Position numbers and translations under genes: made by a program | The notes under the pieces: model-generated | Seen by the model: the letters and a program-made list of their open reading frames with translations, nothing else | Told to the model about the DNA's origin: nothing | Databases searched by the model: none | From: an uncultured delta proteobacterium | GTDB lineage: Bacteria > Desulfobacterota > Binatia > Binatales > Binataceae | Assembly: GCA_963711565.1 (NCBI GenBank) | Contig: CAVQEQ010000004.1 | Span: 224,001 to 288,000, forward strand | Direction: 5' to 3' | Length of the DNA stretch: 64,000 bases | Shown here: positions 1-10,028 of the stretch, piece after piece | Layout of the letters: each line of letters starts with the position of its first letter | How positions within the stretch are numbered: position 1 is the first letter of the stretch

Positions 1-652
1 GCTCGCGCTGGGCGTCTTCGCGCGCGGGAGTCGGCATCGCGAGCACTCGCGCCGGGATAACTCGCTCCGGCAGATCGTACAGCCGCTCGAAGCCGCGACG
101 TCCCGCCGCCGCGACTCGACCCGCGGCGAACAGCGCCTCGAGCGCGTGCTTGCCGTCACTCCATCCCCACCATCCGCCCTTGCTCGCACCCGCGCCGGTA
201 ATCTCGCGAGCCGCGAGCGGGCCGCGCTCGCGGATCTCATCGAGCGCCGCCTGCATGAAGCCGGGGCGGCTGCGATTGAGACGCCCAAAAATGTCCTCGT
301 TCTTGTCAGCCGCCTGCGCCATCCGCCAGCGCAGCAAGGGATGCATTTCGAACGGCATCAACGACGCCATGTGCCCCCAATATTCGAACAGCTCGCGCTT
401 GGCCGGCGCGCCGAGCCACGACGAGTCGAGCAGTTCCGGTGCGTAGTTGCCGAGGCGCGAAAAAAGCGGCATGTAATGCGATCGCACCAGCACGTTGACC
501 GAATCGATTTGCAACAGCCCGATCTGCGCGATGACGCGTCGCAAATGCCGGCGGTCGAGACGCCCGGACGGCCGCGGCTCCGCAAACCCCTGCGCCGCAA
601 GCGCAATCCGTCGCGCTTCATCCGCCGAGATTTTCTCGATTCTCCCGCTCAT
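1..652 (-). CDS. YcaQ/HTH_42-family winged-helix DNA glycosylase (interstrand crosslink repair-like), runs off the window start
   Basis: Not in the ORF track. Hand translation from ATG 652: MSGRIEKISADEARRIALAAQGF...LLQIDSVNVLVRSHYMPLFSRLG...LFEYWGHMASL...GWWGWSDGKHALE...GFERLYDLPERVIP. QIDS and FEYWxH are YcaQ-family motifs. Confidence 0.85.
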   Translation of the reverse strand, partial: MSGRIEKISADEARRIALAAQGFAEPRPSGRLDRRHLRRVIAQIGLLQIDSVNVLVRSHYMPLFSRLGNYAPELLDSSWLGAPAKRELFEYWGHMASLMPFEMHPLLRWRMAQAADKNEDIFGRLNRSRPGFMQAALDEIRERGPLAAREITGAGASKGGWWGWSDGKHALEALFAAGRVAAAGRRGFERLYDLPERVIPARVLAMPTPAREDAQRE

Positions 653-883
653 AGCGCGGCCCGTTTCCACGTTCTGTCGCTGACGCAAGCAAAAAGATTA
701 GTCCTAAATGTCCATGGTATCCTTGAAATCCGACGACTTCCCCCGCGAAACTTCAGCCAACAAATTCGCCGCAGAGCGTCGTCCCTGAGTGCAAATCAGC
801 GGCGCTTCCAAAAATGTTTCAGTGGGTGGCTACGATCTGTTATGTTTGAGGCCTTCCAAACGTAGCGTCACATTGAATGGGAG

Positions 884-1942
884 GTGGGTGTCGTGAAGGA
901 ATCGGCACGTTTCCAATTTCCAACATCCGGAAGCTTTTTGGGATCGCACTACGCGAGTTTTTCCCGGGCTGCCGAAATTGCGGCTAGTCTCCAATCGAAT
1001 ATCTCGATAGGCAATTCCATCTTAGCAGCTAAGTATCTTTCTCCCCCCGCGTACTTACGAAATCTTGATGTCTTCTCGACATTAGGTGCAATGACGGAGT
1101 CTTTCGAGGCGACGCGCCGGAGTATTGAGTCCTTTTCCCATGTAGCCGAGATCCCGGCCGGCCTCCGATCGACTATCTCGATAGGCAATTCCTTTTTAGC
1201 AGACAGGTATCTATCGGCCCCTGCATACTTTCAACATCTCGATGTTCTCTCGGCTTTCGATGTGGTGACGAAGTCCTTTCATGCGACGCGCCAGATGATC
1301 GAGGCCTTTGACAGCTGCAGAAATCTGATGGACGAATTCCGTCAGTACGAAGAAACGATAGCGACAAATGCCGAAAAGCTGGGATCTCTTGGATGGACGA
1401 TCCCAATGGACGCCACCATTCCAGATTGTATGCGTCTACTCGAAAGGAGCTCGAATTCCGAAACAGCGGACACGGCATTTACGGCATTTTATAACGCAGA
1501 CGAGCGCGCTGCCTATTTGGCATTGAAGGAAAGGCTTCTTGCAGAAACCGAGCTAGCGATGTGGCGAGAAGATCTGATCACAGCCCTCGCAAGGTTCGAA
1601 CACGATGATTACCTCAGCTGCGTAAGCGTACTTCTTCCTAGAGTTGAAGGTTTCTTAGCGACCAAAGGCAAGGAACCTAGATTCTACATGAAGGGAGCAC
1701 GAGAGCGCTTCTTCGCGCAAAAACTGAACACCGCCGATAAGTCGCCGCTAAACGACGCTCTTTGGTGTTCCGTCAGGGCTTTTGTCGATCGTCTGTACGA
1801 GCCTGTAGACTTTACAGATCAGGTTCAGCTCACCAATCGATTGAATAGACATGCTTGTGTTCATGGACGCGGCAACTACAAACACACGCAAGCAGACTGC
1901 TTGCGCCTGTTACAAGCGCTAGACACTTTGTCATCCTTGTGA
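884..1942 (+). CDS. Accessory protein with N-terminal tandem repeat and C-terminal HEPN-like domain
   Basis: 352-aa ORF with GGAGG before the GTG. Visibly lower GC than its neighbours. C-terminal LNRHACVHG fits the HEPN R-x4-H motif. Confidence 0.6.
   Translation: MGVVKESARFQFPTSGSFLGSHYASFSRAAEIAASLQSNISIGNSILAAKYLSPPAYLRNLDVFSTLGAMTESFEATRRSIESFSHVAEIPAGLRSTISIGNSFLADRYLSAPAYFQHLDVLSAFDVVTKSFHATRQMIEAFDSCRNLMDEFRQYEETIATNAEKLGSLGWTIPMDATIPDCMRLLERSSNSETADTAFTAFYNADERAAYLALKERLLAETELAMWREDLITALARFEHDDYLSCVSVLLPRVEGFLATKGKEPRFYMKGARERFFAQKLNTADKSPLNDALWCSVRAFVDRLYEPVDFTDQVQLTNRLNRHACVHGRGNYKHTQADCLRLLQALDTLSSL
956..1303 (+). repeat. Two diverged tandem 174-bp (58-aa) units inside the HEPN-like gene
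   Basis: SFSRAAEIAASLQSNISIGNSILAAKYLSPPAYLRNLDVFSTLGAMTESFEATRRSIE vs SFSHVAEIPAGLRSTISIGNSFLADRYLSAPAYFQHLDVLSAFDVVTKSFHATRQMIE. ATCTCGATAGGCAATTCC is identical at 1001 and 1175 (offset 174). Confidence 0.9.
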
Positions 1943-1983
1943 GCGAGCCGACGCATGACCTCCATGTACTTCGACGGTCGGTG

Positions 1984-3747
1984 ATGGCCAACGCCTCAAA
2001 CGATCAGGCCGCCGCTGCGCTCGTTGCGCCCGATTGCCGCGGGATGAACTTTTATCGCATCGACCGCGGATTGCGCGACCTGCTCGATCTCCATATGGAG
2101 CCGCGGTTGCGCGCCGCGATGGAGCCGCATCTCGATCGCCTCGGCCAGCTCGCGGGCGGCCGGCTCGACGAGCTTGCGGAAATCGCCGACAAGCATCCGC
2201 CGGTGCTCCATTCGCGCGATCGTTTCGGCCGCGACGAGGACTGGGTCGAGTTCCATCCGGCGTATCGCGAGATGGAGCGGATTGCTTTCGGCGAATTCGG
2301 GCTGCATGCGATGGCGCATCGGCCCGGCGTGCTCGGATGGCCCGAGCCGCTCCCGTACATCGCGAAGTACGCGTTCCAGTATCTGTTCGTGCAGGCCGAG
2401 TTCGGCCTGATGTGCCCGATCAGCGTGACCGACACCGGCGCGGTGCTGGTCGAGAACTACGGCAGCGCCGATCTCAAGTCGCGCTACCTCGGCCGCATGC
2501 TCTCGCAGAACATGGACGGGATTTTCAAGGGCGCGCAATACATGACCGAGCGCGCCGGCGGCTCCGATCTCGGCAACAGCGCCGTCGTCGCGAAGCGCGA
2601 CGGCGATTTCTGGCGGCTCTACGGCGACAAGTGGTTTTGCTCGGCGGTTGACGGCGACGTCGTACTACTACTCGCTCGGCCCGACGGTGCGCCCAGCGGC
2701 TCGAAAGGGCTCGGGCTGTTCCTGATGCCGCGGCGATTGGAAAACGGCGAGCGCAACAGTTATCGAATCGCGCGGCTCAAGGATAAATTCGGCACGCGGT
2801 CGATGGCGAGCGGCGAGGTCGTGCTCGAGGGCGCAATCGCGTTCCAAATCGGCGCGCTCGATCGCGGCCTGCGCCAGATGATGGACATGGTGAATCTCAG
2901 CCGCATGTCGCACGGCGCGCGCGCCGCCGGCATGATGCGCCGATGCCTCAACGAGTCGCTCGCGGTCGCGCGTCATCGCGCGGCGTTCGGCAAACCGATC
3001 ATCGAGCATCCGCTGCTGCGGCGCCAGTTGATGAAACTGATGGTGCCGACCGAGCAGGCGCTGTCGGTTTTCACTTACGACGCGACGATGATGGACCGGG
3101 CGCGCGGCGGTGACGCGGAAGCCGAGCGTGTGCTGCGCATCCTGACCGCGGTGCTGAAGTTCCGGGCGTGCCGCGACAACATCCGCGTCGCGACGGGCGC
3201 GATGGAGGTGCGCGGCGGCAACGGCTACATCGAGGATTGGGTGAACTCGCGGCTCATCCGCGACGCGCATATCGGCGTGCTGTGGGAGGGCACCAGTAAC
3301 ATCAACGCGCTCGACGTGATCAATCGCGCAGTCGCCAAATCCGGCGGCCACGAGACGCTCGCGCGCGCGCTGAAAGCCAAGCTCCAGGCCGCAACCGCCG
3401 CTCCCGCTGCCTTCCGCGCAGAGATCGCGCAGCTAATCGATCGCGCCGTTACATTCGCGGGCGAAGTCGCATCCAAGCCGAAGAACGAACGACTGGCGCG
3501 CGTGGCGACCGACGCGCTCTACAATGTAGCGAGCGCGGCGCTGATGACGTGGGAAGGTGCGACGGCAGGCGCCAACGGCCACGACGCTCGCCGCATGATC
3601 CTCGCGCGCATGGTCGTCGAGCATCGCCTGCGCCCGGAAGATCCTTTGGCGATAGCAGAGTCAGACTGGGAAGAAGACGCGATCATCGCGCTACTCGACC
3701 CGAGCGCGGTATCCATCGAAAAAGCTGCGCGACTTGTGTCTGGCTGA
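1984..3747 (+). CDS. Acyl-CoA dehydrogenase (AidB-like subgroup)
   Basis: Motifs GLMCPISVTD, QYMTERAGGSDLG, LYGDKWFCS, RLKDKFGTRSMASGEV, EVRGGNGYIEDW, VLWEGTSNINALD. Start moved to ATG 1984. Confidence 0.88.
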   Translation: MANASNDQAAAALVAPDCRGMNFYRIDRGLRDLLDLHMEPRLRAAMEPHLDRLGQLAGGRLDELAEIADKHPPVLHSRDRFGRDEDWVEFHPAYREMERIAFGEFGLHAMAHRPGVLGWPEPLPYIAKYAFQYLFVQAEFGLMCPISVTDTGAVLVENYGSADLKSRYLGRMLSQNMDGIFKGAQYMTERAGGSDLGNSAVVAKRDGDFWRLYGDKWFCSAVDGDVVLLLARPDGAPSGSKGLGLFLMPRRLENGERNSYRIARLKDKFGTRSMASGEVVLEGAIAFQIGALDRGLRQMMDMVNLSRMSHGARAAGMMRRCLNESLAVARHRAAFGKPIIEHPLLRRQLMKLMVPTEQALSVFTYDATMMDRARGGDAEAERVLRILTAVLKFRACRDNIRVATGAMEVRGGNGYIEDWVNSRLIRDAHIGVLWEGTSNINALDVINRAVAKSGGHETLARALKAKLQAATAAPAAFRAEIAQLIDRAVTFAGEVASKPKNERLARVATDALYNVASAALMTWEGATAGANGHDARRMILARMVVEHRLRPEDPLAIAESDWEEDAIIALLDPSAVSIEKAARLVSG

Positions 3748-3843
3748 TGCGTCCGCGTCGCTGTGCAAGCCGCGACTCGGCATCGCTCGATTGTGGAGAT
3801 TGCCCGGGTTCGTTGCGGGTCTTTATAATATTTGTAGTGATTT

Positions 3844-6402
3844 GTGACTGTTAGACGAACTGTGACGAGGCTATTGGTTGGCGCGACGGCGCTCGCAGCC
3901 TGCGGGTTCCTTTTGGGACAGGCCTCGTACGCCGGTGACGTCCCGCTTCGCGGTAATCATCCGGCCGAAGCGGCTACTCTAACCGCGGCGGTGCGCGCGG
4001 AGAGCACGCTGCCGCTCCATCTGACGATAGTATTGGGCCTTCGCAATCAGGCTGCGCTCACGCAACTGCTCGCCGATCAGCAAAATCCGTCGTCGCCACA
4101 TTATCGTAAGTGGCTCACGCCCAGGGAGTTCGCCCGCCGCTTCGGGCCGAGCGACAAGCAGGTGGGACTGGTCACGGACTGGCTGAAAGGGGAGGGCTTC
4201 GCCGTCACCTCAATCAATCGCCTCGCGCGCACTATTCAAGCGAGCGGCGACGCCGCGACGGCAGAGCGCGCATTTTCGACGACGCTGATCACCGACGGCG
4301 TGTCGTTTGCCAACACCACCGATCCCGCGATTCCCGCGCGGTTCGACGGCCTCGTCGCTGCAATCATGGGCTTGGATAACATGCACGCCGCGATGCCCGC
4401 GGGATTGCATCGAGTTGCGCCGCCGTCGCACTCGAGTACGCAGCGCAAGCCGGAAATTCTCGCGCTCGCCGACATGACCGGCAGCCCCGAGAACGCTCCC
4501 CAGATGCCGGCCGCCAGAGAAGGTGGCTCGACTGCGTTCGGACCAATCAACGTCGAGACCTTTTACGACGAGCTGCCTCTTCTCAACGCGGGGAACACTG
4601 GTTCGCCCTCGCCGGATTGCGTAGCGGTCGACGAAGATTCCGATTATCTTCCGTCGGCGGTCACTCTGTACGACAGCACCTTCGGACTCACGCCCGCGCC
4701 GATCACGAACGTCTATCCGGACGGCACTTCGCCGGGCATCACCGGCGATGAGGTCGAGACACTGCTCGATATCGAGTATTCCCAGGCGACTGCTCCGGGC
4801 ACGCCGATTCACCCGTACATCGGCACCAGTCTCTACGATGCGATGTCGCAAAGCGTGACGGATAATGTCTGCGGCGCGATCAGCGTCAGCTTCATCTTCT
4901 GCGGCGAGGAGTCGAGCTTCTACACGACGCTCGATATGCTCTTTCAAACCGCGGCGTCTCAGGGACAGTCGGTCTTCATCGCCACCGGCGATTGGGGTGC
5001 GGCAGGCTTACGGTACGCTGGCGGAACCTGCGTCGTCGGGACGACCAGGAATCCGAGCGAGATGGCGACCAGCCCGCACGTCACCGCGGTCGGTGGCACG
5101 ACCTTCAGTCCCCAGTATAATTCGTCGGGCAACGACACCAGCGTGGTCGGCGTCGCGCCGGGCGGAATCGAGAGCGGATGGAATGCGAGCGGCGGCGGCG
5201 AGAGCGCGATCTTCGCGAAACCCATGTGGCAGACCGGACCGGGCGTGCCGGCCGACGGTTTCCGCGATATCCCCGACGTTGCGATGATGGCGTGGGCGCC
5301 TTACGTTTTCATCGGCGCCGACGACGACGGCACTGCGATAATCCAGTGCTGCTGGGGCGGCACGAGTCTCGCCTCGCCGCTCTGGGCCGGCTATTCGCGA
5401 GTCCTCGCACAGGCGTCGAGCAGCGCGCGTCTCGGTCTGCTCAACCCCACGATTTACAATATCGCCGACGCGGGCCTGGCTGCCGACGGCGGCATCGAAG
5501 ATGTACTCAGCGGAAACAATAATTACAACGGAGTGACCGGCTATACGGCAGGCCCGGGGTTCGATCAGGTCACCGGATGGGGCAGCGTCGATATGACGCA
5601 ATTCGCGAGCGCATTCACGAGCGCGCCGCATCCGACGCCTACGGCAACGACCTCGGCGACGCCGACGCCGAGCGCCACGCCGACTGCAAGTGCTACATCG
5701 ACAAGAACTTCAACTCCGACCGCGACCACATCCGCGACGGCGACAACCACCCCAACTCCAACCGCCGCAGTCACGGCGACTCGAACAGCAACTGCCACTG
5801 CTACCGCGACTGGCACTCCGACTACGACCGCGACTGTCACTGCAACGGCAACTGTCACCGCAACCATGACTGTGACCGCAACTCCAACGCCCACCTCGAT
5901 GCCAACCGCCACGGCAACGGCGACTCGAAGCGCAACCGCTACTGCAACTTCAACCACAACTGCCACAACTACGCCGACCACGACCATGACCTCGACACCA
6001 ATAGCCACGGCAACAGCAACTCGAACCGCAATCGCCACTGCAACGCCAACAGCTACGGCGACGCCGGTTCCGACCTCGCTCAAATTCGAGCCCGCCAAGA
6101 TCAAGTTTGGCAAGGTCGCCATGGGCGCGACCAGCGACGTTCAGACGGTCACGCTCTCAAATCCGAACAAGAAGAAGGCGATGCCGATAACGCTCGAGGG
6201 ATGGAATTCAACGGGCGATTTCTCGGTCTCCGAGAGTCAGACGACTTGCGCGACATTTGAGACCTTAAGCCGCGGACAGAAATGTACGATAGGCCTGACG
6301 TTCACGCCTACCGTGACGGGCGCGCGCTCGGGTACGCTCACGATTCAGGACAACGCGAGCAACAACCGGCAGGTGGTTGAGCTGAAGGGAACCGGGAAAT
6401 AA
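3844..6402 (+). CDS. Secreted S53 (sedolisin/kumamolisin) peptidase with pro-domain, Thr-rich linker and C-terminal ASH/choice-of-anchor-D Ig-like domain
   Basis: Signal peptide; pro-domain WLTPREFARRFG; catalytic ETLLDIEY, ATGDWG and GGTSLASPLWAG; Ca-site GFDQVTGWGS; C-terminal IKFGKV...CTIGLTFTPT..GARSGTLTIQDNASN..QVVELKGTG. Confidence 0.9.
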   Translation: MTVRRTVTRLLVGATALAACGFLLGQASYAGDVPLRGNHPAEAATLTAAVRAESTLPLHLTIVLGLRNQAALTQLLADQQNPSSPHYRKWLTPREFARRFGPSDKQVGLVTDWLKGEGFAVTSINRLARTIQASGDAATAERAFSTTLITDGVSFANTTDPAIPARFDGLVAAIMGLDNMHAAMPAGLHRVAPPSHSSTQRKPEILALADMTGSPENAPQMPAAREGGSTAFGPINVETFYDELPLLNAGNTGSPSPDCVAVDEDSDYLPSAVTLYDSTFGLTPAPITNVYPDGTSPGITGDEVETLLDIEYSQATAPGTPIHPYIGTSLYDAMSQSVTDNVCGAISVSFIFCGEESSFYTTLDMLFQTAASQGQSVFIATGDWGAAGLRYAGGTCVVGTTRNPSEMATSPHVTAVGGTTFSPQYNSSGNDTSVVGVAPGGIESGWNASGGGESAIFAKPMWQTGPGVPADGFRDIPDVAMMAWAPYVFIGADDDGTAIIQCCWGGTSLASPLWAGYSRVLAQASSSARLGLLNPTIYNIADAGLAADGGIEDVLSGNNNYNGVTGYTAGPGFDQVTGWGSVDMTQFASAFTSAPHPTPTATTSATPTPSATPTASATSTRTSTPTATTSATATTTPTPTAAVTATRTATATATATGTPTTTATVTATATVTATMTVTATPTPTSMPTATATATRSATATATSTTTATTTPTTTMTSTPIATATATRTAIATATPTATATPVPTSLKFEPAKIKFGKVAMGATSDVQTVTLSNPNKKKAMPITLEGWNSTGDFSVSESQTTCATFETLSRGQKCTIGLTFTPTVTGARSGTLTIQDNASNNRQVVELKGTGK
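5626..6075 (+). repeat. Low-complexity Thr/Ala/Pro linker (TATATPT-type repeats)
   Basis: About 150 codons dominated by ACN/GCN/CCN. Confidence 0.9.
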
Positions 6403-6417
6403 GGCAGCGCAGTGCGC

Positions 6418-7221
6418 TCAGTTCCGTAGCCAGCTGACGATCCTCTGATGAATCCCGACCGGGTCTGATGCCTGAAATGCATGGCCCGCGCCCGGGATGA
6501 TGAACATCTCGGCCTGCGGGATTTTGCTCTTGATGAGATTCGCGTTCTCCGTCGGCACCAGCACGTCCTTGTCGCCGTGCACAATCAGCACCGGACATTT
6601 GATTTGCCCCAATCGATCGTACGCGTTGAACGTCTGGATTCCCGCAAACGCGCGGTCCGCGGTCTCCGGCGGCGTCGGCGGCGTCACCTTCGCTCCCGCG
6701 ATCATCATTTGCTTGATCTCGGGATGCGCCGCGACGAACTCCGCGGGCATCAGCGCCGGCATCAACAGGTCGAAAGCTTTCTCGGGATCGGTCGCCATGA
6801 TCTTGTTCGCCGTCATCAGCCGCTCGACGATGTCCGGCGTCGCCATCTTCGCGGTCGTGCCCCCTGCCATCGTGCATCCGAGCACAACCTTCGTGACCTG
6901 CTCGGGATGCCGGAGCGTGAGCTCCTGCGCGATCATCCCGCCCATCGACACGCCAAACACTTTCGCCTTTGCGATTCCGAGCGCCTTCAACAGGTTGCTC
7001 GCGTCATCGGCCATGCCCTCGACGGTATAGATGCTGTCGGGCTTGTCACTGAGTCCGGTGCCGCGATTGTCAAAGTAAATGGACTTGAAGCCGCCGAAAA
7101 ACGGCAGCGACGGAATCCATCCCGCACCCGACATGCCGAATCCCATGATCAGCAGCAGCGGCTCGCCGTCGCCGAAGGTGTCGTAGCTAATATTGACGTT
7201 GCCGGCTTTGATTAGTGGCAT
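6418..7221 (-). CDS. Alpha/beta hydrolase (enol-lactonase/esterase-like)
   Basis: FDNRGTGLSD, nucleophile GVSMGG, HGDKDVLVP, GAGH. Start at ATG 7221. Confidence 0.88.
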   Translation of the reverse strand: MPLIKAGNVNISYDTFGDGEPLLLIMGFGMSGAGWIPSLPFFGGFKSIYFDNRGTGLSDKPDSIYTVEGMADDASNLLKALGIAKAKVFGVSMGGMIAQELTLRHPEQVTKVVLGCTMAGGTTAKMATPDIVERLMTANKIMATDPEKAFDLLMPALMPAEFVAAHPEIKQMMIAGAKVTPPTPPETADRAFAGIQTFNAYDRLGQIKCPVLIVHGDKDVLVPTENANLIKSKIPQAEMFIIPGAGHAFQASDPVGIHQRIVSWLRN

Positions 7222-7317
7222 CGCGGAAAGATCCTCCCGATTGAAACGTGACAAATTAAAACGGACGCGGCTCCTTAGCGAGCTGCGTCCGCTGTTGCGC
7301 GCATTTACAGGTCTCTA

Positions 7318-7929
7318 TCAGGCGAGCTTCAGGATGCTCTCGGGATGCTGCTCGTTGGGATCGACGCCGGGTTCCATCGTGTAGATGACCGACTTGTCGA
7401 CCACCAATTGTCCGTCGTCGCCGACGTAGATCTTGAAGCGATCCATCGGACGCGGCGCCGGCCCCTCGAAATTCATCCCGCTGATGTAATAGCCGGAGCC
7501 ATGGCACGGGCACTTGAACTTTTGCTCCGTCTTCAGCCATCGCGGCGTGCATCCGAGATGAGTGCACTTGGCGAAGATCGCGTAGAAGCCCGCCTTGGTG
7601 CGGATGATCCAGGTGCGAAAATCCTGTTTGTATTTTTCGCTGACCTCGCCAATGACGTAGTCATCGGGAAAGCCGGCCTTGAACTTCGATGGCGGCAAAA
7701 AGAGCACGCGCGGAAACGCCGAACGAACGGCGGCGAGCAATCCGATCAGCGAGAAGGCGCCGAAGCCCGCCCATCCGAGCACGCCCAGAAAGTCGCGACG
7801 GCTCCACAAGGTGCCGAGCTCGGATTTTTCCTTGTCGCGTTTCGCGCGTTCTTTTGCCTGCTCGTCTTCGCGCCACTTCTTGAGTTCGGCGGGATCGGTC
7901 GGGGCTTTCTCTTTGAGTGCAACAGCCAT
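7318..7929 (-). CDS. Rieske 2Fe-2S protein (bc/b6f-type iron-sulfur subunit)
   Basis: Tat motif SRRDFL plus a TM helix; CTHLGC and CPCHGS boxes; GPAPRP. Confidence 0.9.
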   Translation of the reverse strand: MAVALKEKAPTDPAELKKWREDEQAKERAKRDKEKSELGTLWSRRDFLGVLGWAGFGAFSLIGLLAAVRSAFPRVLFLPPSKFKAGFPDDYVIGEVSEKYKQDFRTWIIRTKAGFYAIFAKCTHLGCTPRWLKTEQKFKCPCHGSGYYISGMNFEGPAPRPMDRFKIYVGDDGQLVVDKSVIYTMEPGVDPNEQHPESILKLA

Positions 7930-8111
7930 CTAAGTGACGCAACCTCCCAGCTTGGGACGAGCCTGCATTAGCTCACCCACATCTCATTGGACGTAATCGA
8001 TTAGTAAAAATTCTATTACTCAAAGATACGCAACATTCAAGGGCGAAGATAACCCTCGAAGGCTTGGCAATATTGCGACGATTGCGATGTTTCCCGGCGA
8101 GATGCGAAAAT

Positions 8112-8552
8112 TCAGTGAAGCGTCGGCTGGCCGCTCGACGGGGGCAGCGGCGCTGCCGGTGGTACGGCCTGTCTGACCACGGTCGCATTGGTCGTGAGGG
8201 GCTTGCGCGTCGGGGACCAATCCTGCGGTGTCGTCAACGTCGTGACCTCGTCCATCGTGTTGTCGGGGATTATCGGAACCGGCGGCGGTGGTGACATATC
8301 GTCGCCGCCCACGGGCCGGAAGATCGGCGCCGCGGAACTGTTGTGCGACAGGTAGTGCATCGGACGCGCTATAGCCCACTCCAGCGCGTATCCAACCGGA
8401 TAGAGGATGTCGGCGAAGAGCTCGAGCGGCTGCGAATCCTCGTCGGTATATTCTTTAGGGTTCTGTTGATCGTTGTCGTTGTACTGCGCGTGCGAAACCG
8501 TCGGCAGTCCAACAAACAGCGCGGCGCAGAAAATAATTGCAACTTTGCGCAT
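8112..8552 (-). CDS. Hypothetical exported protein, Pro-rich C-terminus
   Basis: Signal peptide MRKVAIIFCAALFVGLPTVSHA; genome-like codon usage. Confidence 0.65.
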   Translation of the reverse strand: MRKVAIIFCAALFVGLPTVSHAQYNDNDQQNPKEYTDEDSQPLELFADILYPVGYALEWAIARPMHYLSHNSSAAPIFRPVGGDDMSPPPPVPIIPDNTMDEVTTLTTPQDWSPTRKPLTTNATVVRQAVPPAAPLPPSSGQPTLH

Positions 8553-8642
8553 GCCGACAACTTTGCGCGTTCGCCCGCCGCCGTGTCAACAGATCGCGGT
8601 CGTTCTTGCGCTGGCGTCTTTGCAGGCGCAATTCTAAACGCG

Positions 8643-9998
8643 ATGACCGTATCAGCCATGCGCTCCATCCGTGCATGCTTGCAAATTTCCACCGCCGCGG
8701 CGGTCCTCCTGATATTCGCATTCGGATCCATCGCACATGGCGCGCCGCCGCCCGGCGAGATTGCTTTCGTCGGCACTGACTCCAACATCTACTACTGCGA
8801 CACGAAGTGCGCGGAGCCAAAATGTATCACGTGCAAAGCGGCCGCGATTCACGTCCGCCGCGATGACGCGGTCATGCCGGTCGCGCTCGCCGACAATGCC
8901 CCCGACGCGGTCCCCTCAGCCGGCGGCGGCACCGATTACGGATGGCCGGTGTTCTCGCCCGACGGTAAGCGCATCGCTTATTTTGCCGAGACGCACAAGC
9001 AAGCCGAGGATTCGTTCGCCGTGTGGGTCTACGATCTCGCGCGCGGCCAGGCGATGCTGATCTTTGAAAGCCGCTCCGAGCGCATCGTCTACCTGGTCTG
9101 GACGCCCGACGGGCAGCACCTTTCATTTCTGCTCGGCGAACCGCACGGACTCAGCCTGGTGCTCGCCGAGGTCAAGGAATCCACGCCCGTCAGAATCGTC
9201 ACGACCGGGATGCCGCTGTACTTCGATTGGGGCGCGCGCGCCGACGAAGTTGCGTTGCACACGCTCGCGCTCGACTCCGATCGCACCGAGCAGGTCTCTC
9301 TGATGAGCCTGACGCCGACCAGCCAGAACGTCATCAAAGTGCTGTCGCACGGCCGCACGCCGTTCAAGACCCCAGCCTGGTCGGCCGACGGCAAGCATCT
9401 CGCGTACGTCGAGAACTACAACGCCGAATCGAACATCGTGGTTGCCGACGCCGACGCCAGTCATCCGCGCTCGGTCGTGAGCTTGCCGGTGGGAGAGACC
9501 AGCTTCATCTGGGCGCCCGACTCAGCGCATCTGGCATATTCGACAGCGATCGATCCCCAGGATCCGACCTATCACGGCATCAAGCTGGTCAACATCGCCA
9601 CCGCGAATTCGAAGTGGCTGACCAAGGACGACGTCGCCGCATTTTTCTTCGCGCCCGACTCGCGCCATGTCGCGTTCATCGGCGTTCCCGCGGAGAAGCC
9701 GTACTACAGCTGGTCGGTCGTCAACGTTAAGAGCGGCGCCCAGAAAGCGCTCGGCAATTTTCTCGCGACTCCCGACGAATCGATCGCCTATCGTTACTTC
9801 GATCAGCTCGCCGTGTCGCACACGATCTGGTCGCCCGATTCGTCGTCATTTGTGTACGCGGGCGTACACCTGGAAGGGGCCCCGGACAAGGCGCTCGGCT
9901 ATGCGCCGCCGCCGTCGGTCTGGATTGTGCCCATCGACGGCAAAGCGCCGCGCGCTCTCTCAAACGCAGTGCTCGCGTTCTTCTCCCCGGCGAAGTAG
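8643..9998 (+). CDS. Periplasmic TolB-like / PD40 beta-propeller protein
   Basis: Repeated FSPDGKRIAY, WTPDGQHLSF, WSADGKHLAY, WAPDSAHLAY, WSPDSSSFVY. A signal peptide follows ATG 8643/8658. Confidence 0.8.
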   Translation: MTVSAMRSIRACLQISTAAAVLLIFAFGSIAHGAPPPGEIAFVGTDSNIYYCDTKCAEPKCITCKAAAIHVRRDDAVMPVALADNAPDAVPSAGGGTDYGWPVFSPDGKRIAYFAETHKQAEDSFAVWVYDLARGQAMLIFESRSERIVYLVWTPDGQHLSFLLGEPHGLSLVLAEVKESTPVRIVTTGMPLYFDWGARADEVALHTLALDSDRTEQVSLMSLTPTSQNVIKVLSHGRTPFKTPAWSADGKHLAYVENYNAESNIVVADADASHPRSVVSLPVGETSFIWAPDSAHLAYSTAIDPQDPTYHGIKLVNIATANSKWLTKDDVAAFFFAPDSRHVAFIGVPAEKPYYSWSVVNVKSGAQKALGNFLATPDESIAYRYFDQLAVSHTIWSPDSSSFVYAGVHLEGAPDKALGYAPPPSVWIVPIDGKAPRALSNAVLAFFSPAK

Positions 9999-10028
9999 GG
10001 CGGTCTCTCGTTAGCCGAAAGGGCGTGT

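Noticed and set aside
146-865. 239-aa + strand ORF
   Set aside because: Antisense shadow of the ycaQ-like gene, which carries the recognisable motifs.
711-1969. TCCATG(G)TA flanking the HEPN gene as a target duplication
   Set aside because: Too short and imperfect, with no terminal inverted repeats.
1-3747. ycaQ-like plus AidB-like genes as an alkylation-response module
   Set aside because: The dehydrogenase shows no recognisable AidB DNA-binding tail and such enzymes are abundant; adjacency alone is weak evidence.
5565-6122. Val/Ala-rich hydrophobic ORFs (also 31636-33246 on the + strand)
   Set aside because: Reverse-complement reading of the Thr/Ala linkers.
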